Shown here: one piece after another, positions 1-10,453 of the stretch
How positions within the stretch are numbered: position 1 is the stretch's first letter
Layout of the letters: every line of letters begins with the position of its first letter
Assembly (NCBI GenBank): GCA_963813025.1
Contig: CAWEXO010000003.1
Location: 22,607 to 86,606 of the forward strand
Length of the DNA: 64,000 nt
Source: an uncultured Verrucomicrobiae bacterium
GTDB taxonomy: Bacteria > Verrucomicrobiota > Verrucomicrobiia > Chthoniobacterales > JAFAMB01
Reading direction: 5' to 3'
The notes under the pieces: model-generated
Database searches by the model: none
What the model was told of the DNA's origin: nothing
Seen by the model: only the letters and a program-made list of their open reading frames with translations
Made by a program: the position numbers and the translations under genes

Positions 1-209
1 CCCCTGGAAAAGCATCTAAGTATTCCCTTTCGATTGCCTGCTAAAAGACTCTTAGTTCCCTTCGAGTCCCAACTGCTTATGCTCGCCTTTTCGGTCAAAA
101 TAGGTTTGTTCCGAACGAATTTTATCATCTTCAGCCGGGGTGAAGCTTGCCCTCGGGACCGTGACTTTTCGACCGCACAGTGACGACTTCCGGGAAAGGG
201 TGAGGGTGC

Positions 210-505
210 GACTAAGGTCGCTGCTCGGAGGTTCGTTATGCTACTATTAAGGGTATTTTCATTATCACCTCGGAAGATTTAGGATCGTTTGTCGCCTAAC
301 GACTTGGTGCGGGTTTTCTCACGTCGCCAGATAACATCCGTGTCGCTGGGGGCAGAAGGAACAACGCCTTTAATCAAAGGTCGCTGGAAGCGACAAATAC
401 GTTTACACGCCCATCCCCTATTGGAAATCAACGAGTATTCAATATCTCTTTGGTATAACTTCACTAGTCCTTTTGGACTAAGGTCGTTGCTCGGAGGTTC
501 GTTAT
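210..505. repeat. 30-bp direct repeat pair (210-239 and 476-505)
   Basis: GACTAAGGTCG(C/T)TGCTCGGAGGTTCGTTAT occurs twice with one mismatch. Confidence 0.85.
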
Positions 506-1299
506 TTAATCTACTTCACCGGTAACATCGGACGTGTCGATCCAAAAGGATTTTAGGTTACTCTGCGCCTCTTGCACGCCAGACGCCCACCTGTTCGCTT
601 GGCTCTTTGAGCAGCTTCTTTAAGCGCGGCTGCTGTCTGCAGCAGGGCGGGCCTGGAAGGAACTCGGCGTCGCGAAGCAATATGCCGGGCTTGCCTCACC
701 GGTCGAACGCGAACTCATCGAAGCGCTCAGCCAACGCTATGCAAACTGGCAGCCTAAAGAACGCAGCCAGGCCTCCTCGGTAGATCATCGGTTTGATTGT
801 TAACCTGCGTTTTGCTATAACCTGCTTCGGAGTGGCAAGCTAACTATGGGCTCCTCTCAGCGCAAAGACGTCTGGACTGCTGGTACTTTTTATGAACAGC
901 GCGCCGCGCAACAAGCCAATGTAAGATAGCGGGCACTCGATCTGTATGCTAAGTACGTAAGCCTTTCCTGCAACATGAGTTTTTCCGCCTTTGCAAACGA
1001 CTACATAGTCTTGCCAGTCAGATTCGACCAAGCAAAGAACCTTGAGAAACTGAATGCGAAGTCTAAACTTTATCAGGAGAGTTTGAAGCGCTTGGTAGAC
1101 AATAGCGACGGGTTCGTGGAACAAATTGTTGAGGTGTTTTCTACCATACCGGAACGATTGAGGTAATATCTTAAAGTTTGAGTAATTATTTTCTCATCGA
1201 ATGTACTAATCATTTAATCCCTTTCCATTGAGAATCTGCTGCATAGATTTTTCAACCCTTGACTCCCGAGTTTTGGATTGTTTGGGTGCAGAAAAATAA

Positions 1300-1830
1300 A
1301 GAGTGTATGCTCTTTGCCGTCCCGGCGTCAATGCACCGAAAGCAGTTTTCAAAGCAGGGATTTCATCGAAGGATATGTTTGATCAAGCCCGACGAGCGGG
1401 GGGACGATTAAATGGTCGACCATGAAGTCCTCAAACCGTGCAGTGAAGCGGGAGTTTCTCCGCCGAAAGCCGTGAAATGCCAAACCGAAGACGGGCACGT
1501 GCCTGCAGGTGCGAGAGAGCAGGCGTCCACTACATCGTCGGACTGGCCAAGAATGAGCGCTTGCCTGCGCTCTCGGCCAAGTTGCAGAAACGGGCCGTAG
1601 CGCAAGTACCAAAGAAGGGGCAAAAAGTGCGGCTCTTCACGGAATTTAAGTATAAGGCCTAGAGTTGGGACAGGAAGCGACGGGTCATTGCCAAAGCCAA
1701 ACATTCTCTCAAGGTATTAATCCGCGGTATGTTTTGACCAATCTGGAAGGTCGCGCCCAAGGACTCTAGATGAGATTTATTGCGCGCGGCGTGAGATGGA
1801 AAATCGCATCAAGGAACAACAACTTGGTCT
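1300..1830 (+). pseudogene. IS1380-family transposase remnant
   Basis: Broken frames read ...GVHYIVGLAKNERL...FTEFKYKA*SWDRKRRVIAK...NPRYVLTNL...YCARREMENRIKEQQL, typical IS1380 C-terminal motifs, with stops and deletions. Confidence 0.8.
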
Positions 1831-2244
1831 CCTTAGTTGGTGATAGAGCTCAATGCCACTGTGGTTTCAGGTCCGGTCGACGACTCACAGCGACGGGTCC
1901 TCGCACCAGTCGCCCGCAATAGCTTTCAGGTTCCGGAGTGAAGTCGATTATCAGGGACATTGAATGGATGTCCCGTAGGGTCACCATTCTTTAAAGGAGC
2001 TGGACGTTCTTCCGACGTCGCGGTCCGGTTTTCACGAGCATGCTTTTTCGGTCAGCTTGACAACCCGGATATTCGTAGCCTATTAAACCGAAAGCTATTC
2101 GAAAGCTTCGTTCGTGCGTATGCTTTCCGAGAACTTACAGCTTCTTCCCCCAGAACTTCGTGACCGCGTGGAGATTGCTGCTTCATCAGGAAAACCCACC
2201 GCAATTTCCCCCAACATTCAAATACCCCCAACCCAAATATTTCG

Positions 2245-3237
2245 ATGATAGCGTCTTCTAAAACATCCTGTCGGTCCCTTTTTACAGCGCTCTTGGCCGC
2301 TGCGTTCGTGATTCCTTCGATCGTCGTTTCGCAGGAGAGCATTAAGTTCGAAAAGAAGAGTCCGGTGAAAATCGGGTACTCGGTTTTCGATCTGCAGCAA
2401 CCTTACTGGCAGGCGTATACGAAGGGAGTTCAAGATGCGTGTAAAGCGGCCAGTTACCAATTCATCATTTCCGACCAGAAGAGCAGCCAGCAAGCTGAGG
2501 TGTCTGGGAGCATCGACCTGATCAACCAGGGGATTAGCGCCCTGATCAATTCACCGATTGAGCCTGCCGCCTTGCCGGCGGTCATCGACAAGGCACATCA
2601 GGCCAAAATACCGGTAGTTATTGGCGACGTTGGTGTCGCGGGCAAATACGATGCCTTTATCCTATCGAACAATGAAGAGGGGGGTAAGCTCGCAGCCCAG
2701 TATATGGTTGACCATCTCAAGGACAAGTCTGGGACGAAAGAGATTCTTGTGATCGAATTGCATCCTGGCGCCGCAGTCGGCGTGCCGCGGACCAAAGGGT
2801 TCGTCGATGAAATCAAGAAGCACTCTGACTGCAAAATCGTCGCATCTCTTAACGGCAACGACACAGTGCAAGGCGGCTACCAGGCAACGCAGAACGCGTT
2901 GTCGGCTAATCCGAACCTGGCAGGGATCTATGCGACGAACGATCCTGAGGCCGAAGGAGCGGTACAGGCGTTGAAGGCCGCGGGCAAAAACGCGGTGAAG
3001 GATGTCTTTCTGGTCGGATTTAACGGAGATCCCCCTGCACTGGAGCTGATTAAAAACGGTCAGATGGCCGCAACGATCCGTCAGGACCCTTACGGCCAAG
3101 GGCAGAAATGCGTTGAGATCGCAACGAAGTTGATGAATAACGAGGCCGTTGAATATTCGGACACCGCGACAAAGTCGATTTTCTTTCCGGTAAAGGTGAT
3201 CGACAAGGAGAACGTCGACCAAGTTCTCCAGAAGTAG
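2245..3237 (+). CDS. Sugar ABC transporter periplasmic substrate-binding protein (RbsB-like)
   Basis: 330-aa ORF with signal peptide, periplasmic binding protein motifs (IYATND, VGFNG, TIRQDP), first gene of an ABC operon. Confidence 0.92.
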   Translation: MIASSKTSCRSLFTALLAAAFVIPSIVVSQESIKFEKKSPVKIGYSVFDLQQPYWQAYTKGVQDACKAASYQFIISDQKSSQQAEVSGSIDLINQGISALINSPIEPAALPAVIDKAHQAKIPVVIGDVGVAGKYDAFILSNNEEGGKLAAQYMVDHLKDKSGTKEILVIELHPGAAVGVPRTKGFVDEIKKHSDCKIVASLNGNDTVQGGYQATQNALSANPNLAGIYATNDPEAEGAVQALKAAGKNAVKDVFLVGFNGDPPALELIKNGQMAATIRQDPYGQGQKCVEIATKLMNNEAVEYSDTATKSIFFPVKVIDKENVDQVLQK

Positions 3238-3288
3238 GGGTGCAACGAATTTGGGACCGCAGACGAAAATAGCCTCGTTCCTGTTACG

Positions 3289-4845
3289 GTGGAAGAGGTA
3301 AGGACAGACCAGGCATCAAGAGATAGCCCGGAGCCGCTTCTCAGTCTGACTGGTATCTCGAAGCAATTTCCAGGGGTAAGAGCCCTTGACGGCGTCGACT
3401 TCAATCTCTTTGCCGGAGAGGTTCACGCCCTGATCGGAGAAAACGGTGCGGGAAAGAGCACACTGATTAATGTCATCAGCGGGCTCTTACAGCCGACATC
3501 CGGGAAAATTTGCGTAGCTGGTCAGGAGGTGGTCTTCGCCAGTTCGATGCAAGCGCAAAGGGCGGGTATCAGCACGATTACCCAAGAATTTAACCTCGTG
3601 CCCCAGCTGACGGTGGCGGAGAATATTTTTCTCGGGCGCGAGCCGACCGGAAGAATGGGTCTGCTGAACTGGCGAGAGATCAAGCGTCACGCTTCGGAGG
3701 TACTTAACGAACTGGGTCTCAAGGTCCCGCTCGATCAGCGTGTCGCTTATCTGAGTGTTGGAGACCGGCAGCTTGTCGAGATTGCAAAAGCTCTGTCGAT
3801 GGAGTTTCGCATTATCACGATGGATGAACCGACGGCGGCCCTGAACGCCGCGGAGGTAGCACGGCTGTTTGAGATCGTTGAAAAATTGAAGGGGCGCAAA
3901 ATCGCGGTTCTTTATGTTTCTCATCGCCTGGGGGAAATATTCCGGATAGCAGATCGCGTGACCGTTCTGCGGGACGGCAAGCGTGTTAATACACAACTCG
4001 TCCATGAACTCACGGAAAACGACGTTGTTACGATGATGCTCGGTCACGCCCTAAAGAAAGAAACGGCACTTTATCAAACGATCCCGGCTTCCAAAAGGAC
4101 GGCACTTTCCGTAAATAACATGGCGGTTCCGGGTCTTCTTTCAAATGTCTCGTTCGATCTGCGTATTGGAGAGGTATTAGGTTGCGCCGGGTTGGTTGGA
4201 TCCGGGCGCTACGAGTTGACGCGCACGCTGTTTGGTCTTCTCCAAATCTCAGCCGGCGAGGTCAAGATAAACGATCAGCCTGCCCGGCTTGGCTCCTCAA
4301 TCAACGCAATTCGTCGCGGCATTTATATGCTGCCAGAAGAACGGAAAGTCGAAGGCATTTTCCCGGATTTGACCGTCCGCGAAAATTTAGTGATCAGCGC
4401 AAAACGCTTGTTTAAGCGATTATCGGAGCTGTTGATCGACGCCAACGAGGAAGAAAAACAGTATGAACAGATGCGAAACTCGCTCGATATTCGTGCCTCT
4501 ACTTCAGCGCAGAAAATAACGAAGCTGAGTGGCGGAAATCAACAGAAGGTAATGCTAGGGCGAGCCTTGCTGAGCAACTCGCGCATTCTTTTATTGAACG
4601 AACCTACTCGAGGTGTCGACATCGGGACGAGGGTCGAGATTCATGCAGTCATCCGCAAATTGGCTCAAAATGGTTACGCGATCATGGTGAGTTCTTCCGA
4701 CATCCCCGAACTTGTCAGTGTCAGTGATCGTTGTCTCATCTTGACGGCGGGCCGTGTAAACGGGTTGTTAAATCGAACTCAAATTAGCGAGGACAACATT
4801 ACGGCGCTCGCAATCGGCCAAGAGATCGCAGGAGATGACAGATGA
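3289..4845 (+). CDS. Sugar ABC transporter ATP-binding protein (RbsA/MglA-like, two NBDs)
   Basis: Walker A GENGAGKS, MDEPT, LSGGNQQK signature. Confidence 0.95.
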   Translation: MEEVRTDQASRDSPEPLLSLTGISKQFPGVRALDGVDFNLFAGEVHALIGENGAGKSTLINVISGLLQPTSGKICVAGQEVVFASSMQAQRAGISTITQEFNLVPQLTVAENIFLGREPTGRMGLLNWREIKRHASEVLNELGLKVPLDQRVAYLSVGDRQLVEIAKALSMEFRIITMDEPTAALNAAEVARLFEIVEKLKGRKIAVLYVSHRLGEIFRIADRVTVLRDGKRVNTQLVHELTENDVVTMMLGHALKKETALYQTIPASKRTALSVNNMAVPGLLSNVSFDLRIGEVLGCAGLVGSGRYELTRTLFGLLQISAGEVKINDQPARLGSSINAIRRGIYMLPEERKVEGIFPDLTVRENLVISAKRLFKRLSELLIDANEEEKQYEQMRNSLDIRASTSAQKITKLSGGNQQKVMLGRALLSNSRILLLNEPTRGVDIGTRVEIHAVIRKLAQNGYAIMVSSSDIPELVSVSDRCLILTAGRVNGLLNRTQISEDNITALAIGQEIAGDDR

Positions 4846-5855
4846 GCAACTCTTCGGATGCGCTAGGCTTGCGGACCATCTTTAGTGTAGCGAATGCGAC
4901 TCGTTTCATCCAAGTTGCGGAAAGCCTCGGGGTTCTCGCGTTGCTGGGGATCGTCATAGTGGGAGCATCAATAATGGCGCCGGGGTTCTTCACGTACACA
5001 AATTTGACGAACACGCTCATTACGGCCTCCATAACGGCGGTAACCGGTTTTGGGATGACATTTGCTATTGCGATGGGAGGCTTTGATCTTTCGGTCGGCT
5101 CTGTTCAAGTACTAACCGCAATCGTGGCCGCAGGTTTGCTTTCCGTGGTTGATCCGCCGCTAGCGATTCTCGGCGCCCTCCTCGCCGGTCTGGCTGTCGG
5201 GCTGCTTAATGGAGTCCTGATCAGTAAGCTCAGGCTCCCTGCTTTTGTCGTGACGTTTGGAATGATGAGTATCGTGCGTGGTGTCGCACTACTCATTACG
5301 CAAGGACAATCGGTGATGATCACGAAGCATATAGAATTCGGATTGCTTAACAATGGTAAGATCGTGGGGTTACCTTCTCCATTCATTATACTGATGATCG
5401 TGTTCATCATCCTCAGCGTCCTGCTTAAGCATACGCCCTTCGGGCGCCATGCCTGTGCAATCGGAGGAAGTCGGACAACGGCAATCGTGTCCGGCATCAA
5501 CATTGACCGTGTTACTATAGCCGTGTTTGGCCTCGTCGGTGTGACCGCCGCAATTTCCGGAGTGATGCTTAGCTCCCAACTGATGATTGTGGATGCAACG
5601 CTTGGAATCGGGTTCGAGCTTCAGGCGATCACGGTCAGCGTCTTGGGCGGCACTAGTCTCTCTGGGGGGCACGGGAATCTGGTGGGAACCTTGTTTGCCG
5701 CTTTACTTTTAGCAACGATTGCTAGTGCCCTAAACATTCTGAAGGTGATTCCGTCTTACCAATACTTGGCGCTGGGAGTGCTCCTGATTTTCGCATTGGC
5801 AATCGACACGCTGCGTCGCGCGATCATTTCCAAAGCCCTTCTAAGCCGGGTCTAG
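4842..5855 (+). CDS. Sugar ABC transporter permease
   Basis: Hydrophobic 337 aa with GGFDLSVG and GGTSLSGG motifs; overlaps the ATPase stop. Confidence 0.93.
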   Translation: MSNSSDALGLRTIFSVANATRFIQVAESLGVLALLGIVIVGASIMAPGFFTYTNLTNTLITASITAVTGFGMTFAIAMGGFDLSVGSVQVLTAIVAAGLLSVVDPPLAILGALLAGLAVGLLNGVLISKLRLPAFVVTFGMMSIVRGVALLITQGQSVMITKHIEFGLLNNGKIVGLPSPFIILMIVFIILSVLLKHTPFGRHACAIGGSRTTAIVSGINIDRVTIAVFGLVGVTAAISGVMLSSQLMIVDATLGIGFELQAITVSVLGGTSLSGGHGNLVGTLFAALLLATIASALNILKVIPSYQYLALGVLLIFALAIDTLRRAIISKALLSRV

Positions 5856-5865
5856 AGTTATTATC

Positions 5866-6858
5866 ATGCACCTGAGCCAAGTGACAAATAGGAGACTCGG
5901 CGCTCAGCGTCACGGAATAACCGCCCTAAACTTTTTCACGAGATTCTATATTCAGTTATTGCTGGCTGTGGCGGTCGTACTTCTTGCGGCAGCGAATCCC
6001 TACTTCAGGACATTAGCAAATGCGGAGAATATTTTGCTTCAGGCTTCGTTTTCCGCGATCGGGGCCGCAGGCATGACACTCTTGATCGTTTCCGGTGCTT
6101 TCGATTTGTCCGTAGCCGGCCTACTCGGGCTTTGCGGCGTCATGACTGCCGAACTGTTACCTTCCTTCGGCGTAGTCTTAACCATCATAGCTTCTATAGT
6201 CCTGGGCATTCTCTTGGGTTTTCTAAATGGGCTGGTGGTAACCAAACTGCGAATCCCTGCTTTTATCGCGACTTTAGGAATGATGAACGTCTATCTCGCG
6301 CTTGCGTTTATCTGGACCCAGGGTAGCCGGGTGATCTCCGTCTCAGCCCCAAGCTTTGATTCCCTCGGTACCGGGACTTTGCTCGGTGTTTTACCAATAC
6401 CGTTTGTGGTGACGATTGTGACATACTTCTTTTGTTTCGGAATTTTGAATCGGAGTGTTTATGGCCGTTACCTTCGCGCCGTGGGAAGCAGTGAAATCGC
6501 AGCACGGACTGCCGGCCTTCCAGTGGACCTGATCAGAATTCTGGCGTTTGCAATCGTCGGGGGTTGCACGGCTTTGGCCGGTGTCTTCCTCACTGCGGAG
6601 CTATCCTCTGCCAGCGCGATAATGGCCACCGGTTACGAACTGACGGTTATAGCCGTGGTAGTGATCGGCGGCACGAGTTTGAAGGGAGGCGAGGGTAGCC
6701 TTTCCGGTTCATTCACGGGAGCTCTTTTTTTCGCGGTGATCAGCAGTGCGCTCAACATTTTGAATGTCGCAGCCTATTGGCAATATGTTGTCACTGGTGT
6801 CTTCCTCATTAGCGCGCTTGGTGTACAGGCGCTGCGTAGCTATATTGTGGTAGACTAG
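5866..6858 (+). CDS. Sugar ABC transporter permease
   Basis: Hydrophobic 330 aa with GAFDLSV and GGTSLKGG motifs. Confidence 0.93.
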   Translation: MHLSQVTNRRLGAQRHGITALNFFTRFYIQLLLAVAVVLLAAANPYFRTLANAENILLQASFSAIGAAGMTLLIVSGAFDLSVAGLLGLCGVMTAELLPSFGVVLTIIASIVLGILLGFLNGLVVTKLRIPAFIATLGMMNVYLALAFIWTQGSRVISVSAPSFDSLGTGTLLGVLPIPFVVTIVTYFFCFGILNRSVYGRYLRAVGSSEIAARTAGLPVDLIRILAFAIVGGCTALAGVFLTAELSSASAIMATGYELTVIAVVVIGGTSLKGGEGSLSGSFTGALFFAVISSALNILNVAAYWQYVVTGVFLISALGVQALRSYIVVD

Positions 6859-7092
6859 GCAATGACGTAAGCGTTTGAGTGACTCGTAGTGCGAAATGCC
6901 AACAACCCCGGGGGTTATGCCGCGGAAAGTTTCCTACAGTCGATCTCATCATTTCCCACGACAAATCGCCTGGGAACCGTTTTGTATTTAAGCGGCTGTC
7001 CTCGCCGGGGAGCGGCCGTGACTGCGTCGAAGGCTGGCGAGCGTGCCTTCTGTTAGACAGCCGCGAAGAACGGAAAGAGGCAGCGCTCGGTT

Positions 7093-7377
7093 TTGAAAGA
7101 GAGCCCTTATCGGTATGAAGCGGAGACCTGGCAAAGCGTTGCGCCTTCCGTAAACGCGGACGGCCTCGTCCGTACTCGGGGGGGCAGTCTGCAGAATTAT
7201 CTGCGCACCCACGAGGAGCTGATGCAGCGCGCCAATGACGTCATCGCGGGAATACGAGCGGGCTGGCTGGAATTGAACATCGGCCGCGTGCTGCCGCTGG
7301 CTCAAGCTGCACAAGCCCATGAGCTCCTGGAAACTCGAAAGACACAGGGCAAGCTCGTATTGTCCGTCGCGAATTGA
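7093..7377 (+). pseudogene. Quinone oxidoreductase (Qor-like) C-terminal fragment
   Basis: Ends in LPLAQAAQAHELLETRKTQGKLVL, the typical MDR/Qor C-terminus; the N-terminal part is missing. Confidence 0.7.
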
Positions 7378-7484
7378 CAGCCATTGTCATAAGAGCACTT
7401 TGACCCTCAGGTTAAGATCCATCCCTCTCGGGCGCAGCCAATCCGCTATCAATCCGGACCTACAGGCCGCTTTAGCGTGAGTGC

Positions 7485-9557
7485 TCAAATCCCGGCGTGG
7501 ATGGCGGGGCGATGCTCTGGGTCGGGCTCTGCCTTGCGTAGCACTTCCCGGGTCACGGGAGCAATGTCACCTTCGCCGCTGAGCACGTAGTAGATGAGGT
7601 ATAAGAGGGGGTTACCCTCGCTCCAATTAAAATAAGCATGCGGTACTTTTCCCTTATCGTCGCGTAAATAGAGCAAAAAAGCGGCAATCGCATTTGGTAC
7701 TGCCGCACTTTGTCCGCGCAGAACGCGATGATGGCCTACGTTGACGCCCTGGACGTTCAGATCGGCCGAGAACTCGCTGGGGTCGCGCACGTAGATCTCC
7801 AAAAATACGACTGGATCATCTGGAGGGATGTTATTGTCCTCGCGCATTTCTTGTTCGCGGTAACTATACTCGGCGTCGTCACACCGGCGAGGGTGGTTGG
7901 CGATGATGCGCAGTTCGCCGTGGGCAGCCATGTCTTTGAGGAAGCGCTCGGCCTCATTATCGAGCGTAATCTTCTCGACACGTAGTTCGGTCGTGCGCCA
8001 AACGCGCGAGACGAGAGAGCTCAGGACGATAGCGACAATAAAAAAGGCGCCGATTTTGACGCCGTCTGGCCGCTCGATAACATTGACCAAAGTCGTGTAA
8101 ACAAACACGAGTGTGATCAAGCCAAAGCACACACCGGCAACTGACTGCGCCCGCCGCCATGTGGAAAGCGTCACGGCCACCGCGGCCGAAGTCATCAGGA
8201 CGAGCACCCCAGTTGCATACGCGCCACCTTGCGCGTCCACGCTTGCGCGGAAGATCAGGGTTACTGCAAACCCGAGGGCCGTGTAGATCAGAACTAGCGG
8301 CCGACTCGCCCGAGTCCATTCCGGGGCCATCCCGTAGCGCGGCAAATAGCGCGGCACGATATTCAGAAGTCCTGCCATAGCGGATGCTCCGGCGAACCAA
8401 AGAATCGCGATTGTGGAAAGATCATAGGCAGTTCCGAATCCGTCACCCAGGAATTGATGCGCTAAATAGGCGAGCGCACGCCCGTTGGCGGGGCCGGCGG
8501 GCTCCCCGTCAGCACCCGCGGAACGGAAAGCCTCCGAGGGGATAAGTAACGTTGTAACGAGCGCTGTGCTCAAAAGAAAAAGGCTCATAATCAGCGCGGC
8601 TGTAAACAGAAGATGATGGGTGTGACGTATCTTACCGGCAGGGCGGGGCTCCTGATCGTCGAGCGATCCTTTGACTAATGGCATCATCGCCACACCAGTT
8701 TCAAAGCCAGACAATCCCAGGGCTAACTTTGGGAACAGGAGCAGACTGACACCAACCATCACGAGCGGGTTGCCATGGGCGGCAAAAAGTGCACTTTTCC
8801 AATCCACGAACACGTGAGGATTAGTCGCAAGATGCTCGAGGCCGACGCTAACGACAATCAGATTGAGCGTTAAATAAACGCCCACCAGGGTGACCGCAAT
8901 ACCGATGGCTTCCTTAAATCCTTTCAGGAACACCGCGCCCAGTAGCCCAACAAGAAAGAGTGTGACTGGCACCTGTTGACCATGGAGAAGGCGAGAAACA
9001 AACGGATTTTCGATCAAATGCGCACTCGCGTCGGCCGCCGACAAGGTAATGGTGATAATGAAATCAGTTGCAGCGAAGCCCAAGAGTGTCAGCACAAAGA
9101 GCTTCCCTTTCCACCACGTCAGCAGGTGCTCCAGCATAGCAATCGACCCTTCTCCGTGCGGGCTTTCCCTGGCCACGTGACGGTAAATGGGCAACGCACC
9201 AAAGAGCGTCAGTAGCACGAGGACGAAGGTAGCCACAGGTGAAAGCGCGCCCGCAGCTAAAAAGGCAATGCCGGGCTGATAGCCGAGCGTCGAAAAGTAA
9301 TCGACGCCCGTCAGACACATCACCTTCCACCAGGGCTGTTCAATCTCCCCTTTGGTGTGTGGCCCTTGGGTGCCTTTGACTGGTAAGTCGGCGATTAGCC
9401 ATCGCTTGAACGGGTGTGCCGTTGATGAATTAGCAGTCTGCGGCGGAACATTGCTCGACGATGCGTTAATGTCGCTCAAAGCGCCTTCTAGCAAGTTCCC
9501 CAGAACTCTGCGCGTTCTTTTTGCGGCAAGAAACACTGGATTGATTGCCTTGGGCAT
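7485..9557 (-). CDS. APC-superfamily amino acid/cation transporter (YdaO/KimA-like)
   Basis: 690 aa with many TM segments, [21 protein letters not shown] motif and a soluble C-terminal domain. Confidence 0.8.
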   Translation of the reverse strand: MPKAINPVFLAAKRTRRVLGNLLEGALSDINASSSNVPPQTANSSTAHPFKRWLIADLPVKGTQGPHTKGEIEQPWWKVMCLTGVDYFSTLGYQPGIAFLAAGALSPVATFVLVLLTLFGALPIYRHVARESPHGEGSIAMLEHLLTWWKGKLFVLTLLGFAATDFIITITLSAADASAHLIENPFVSRLLHGQQVPVTLFLVGLLGAVFLKGFKEAIGIAVTLVGVYLTLNLIVVSVGLEHLATNPHVFVDWKSALFAAHGNPLVMVGVSLLLFPKLALGLSGFETGVAMMPLVKGSLDDQEPRPAGKIRHTHHLLFTAALIMSLFLLSTALVTTLLIPSEAFRSAGADGEPAGPANGRALAYLAHQFLGDGFGTAYDLSTIAILWFAGASAMAGLLNIVPRYLPRYGMAPEWTRASRPLVLIYTALGFAVTLIFRASVDAQGGAYATGVLVLMTSAAVAVTLSTWRRAQSVAGVCFGLITLVFVYTTLVNVIERPDGVKIGAFFIVAIVLSSLVSRVWRTTELRVEKITLDNEAERFLKDMAAHGELRIIANHPRRCDDAEYSYREQEMREDNNIPPDDPVVFLEIYVRDPSEFSADLNVQGVNVGHHRVLRGQSAAVPNAIAAFLLYLRDDKGKVPHAYFNWSEGNPLLYLIYYVLSGEGDIAPVTREVLRKAEPDPEHRPAIHAGI

Positions 9558-10453
9558 CTCGACGTAGAAAGTAGGCAGCAGTGGGTCGGCAGTTAAGACC
9601 GGTGTGGCATTGGAGCTTTATGCCCGATAGCTAGTTTGGTTCCGAGCGTTTTGGTTGTTGCATTAGCGAAGCTCCAGATCGGGTTGTTTGCCGATCTGGA
9701 GCTATCCTGTTTAGGAGATTTCTCTCTATCTACCAACTCGGGCCGATGCGCTGCAGTGTGAAAGCAAGAACAACATCTAACCCAAGAGAGGTATGGCAAA
9801 GAAAACCACGACCAAGCGAAAGAACAAATCAAAAACTCACCGGAGTGTTCTGGAACGGATCAATCTCAAGGCCGCAGGAATCGATATCGGGGCGAATTTT
9901 CACCTGGTGGCCATTCCCGAAGACCGCGGCTCAGAAACGGTGCGCAAGTTTGGCCCTTTTACGAGCGATCTGCAGCGGATGGCTGACTGGCTGAGCGAAC
10001 ACCACATTGAGACCGTAGTGATGGAATCAACGGGGGTTTATTGGATACCGGTGTTCCAGATTCTGGAGCAGAGAGGGTTGGAGGTAAAATTGGTCAACGC
10101 AGCTCATGTCAAGAATCTGCCTGGACGCAAAAGCGACGTCTCGGACTGCCAATGGCTTCAACAACTCCACACCTTTGGTCTTTTAAACGGCTCGTTCCGA
10201 CCCAAGGACGAGGTCTGCGTCTTGCGCAGCTTCCTGCGCCTGCGCGACACCTTGGTTAAGGACTGCAGCAGCCATGTGTTACGCATGCAGAAGGCCTTAA
10301 CCGAAATGAATATCCAAGTGCACCGCGTGTTGAGCGACATCACCGGTTATAGTGGCATGGCGATGATTCGGGCGATTTTGGCCGGAGAACGCAATCCGCT
10401 CAAGCTTGCCCAGATGAAACACCCCCAAGTGAAAGCATCCACTGATCAGAAGA

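Noticed and set aside
210..505. CRISPR array
   Set aside because: Only two repeat copies, 236 nt apart, and no cas genes in the window.
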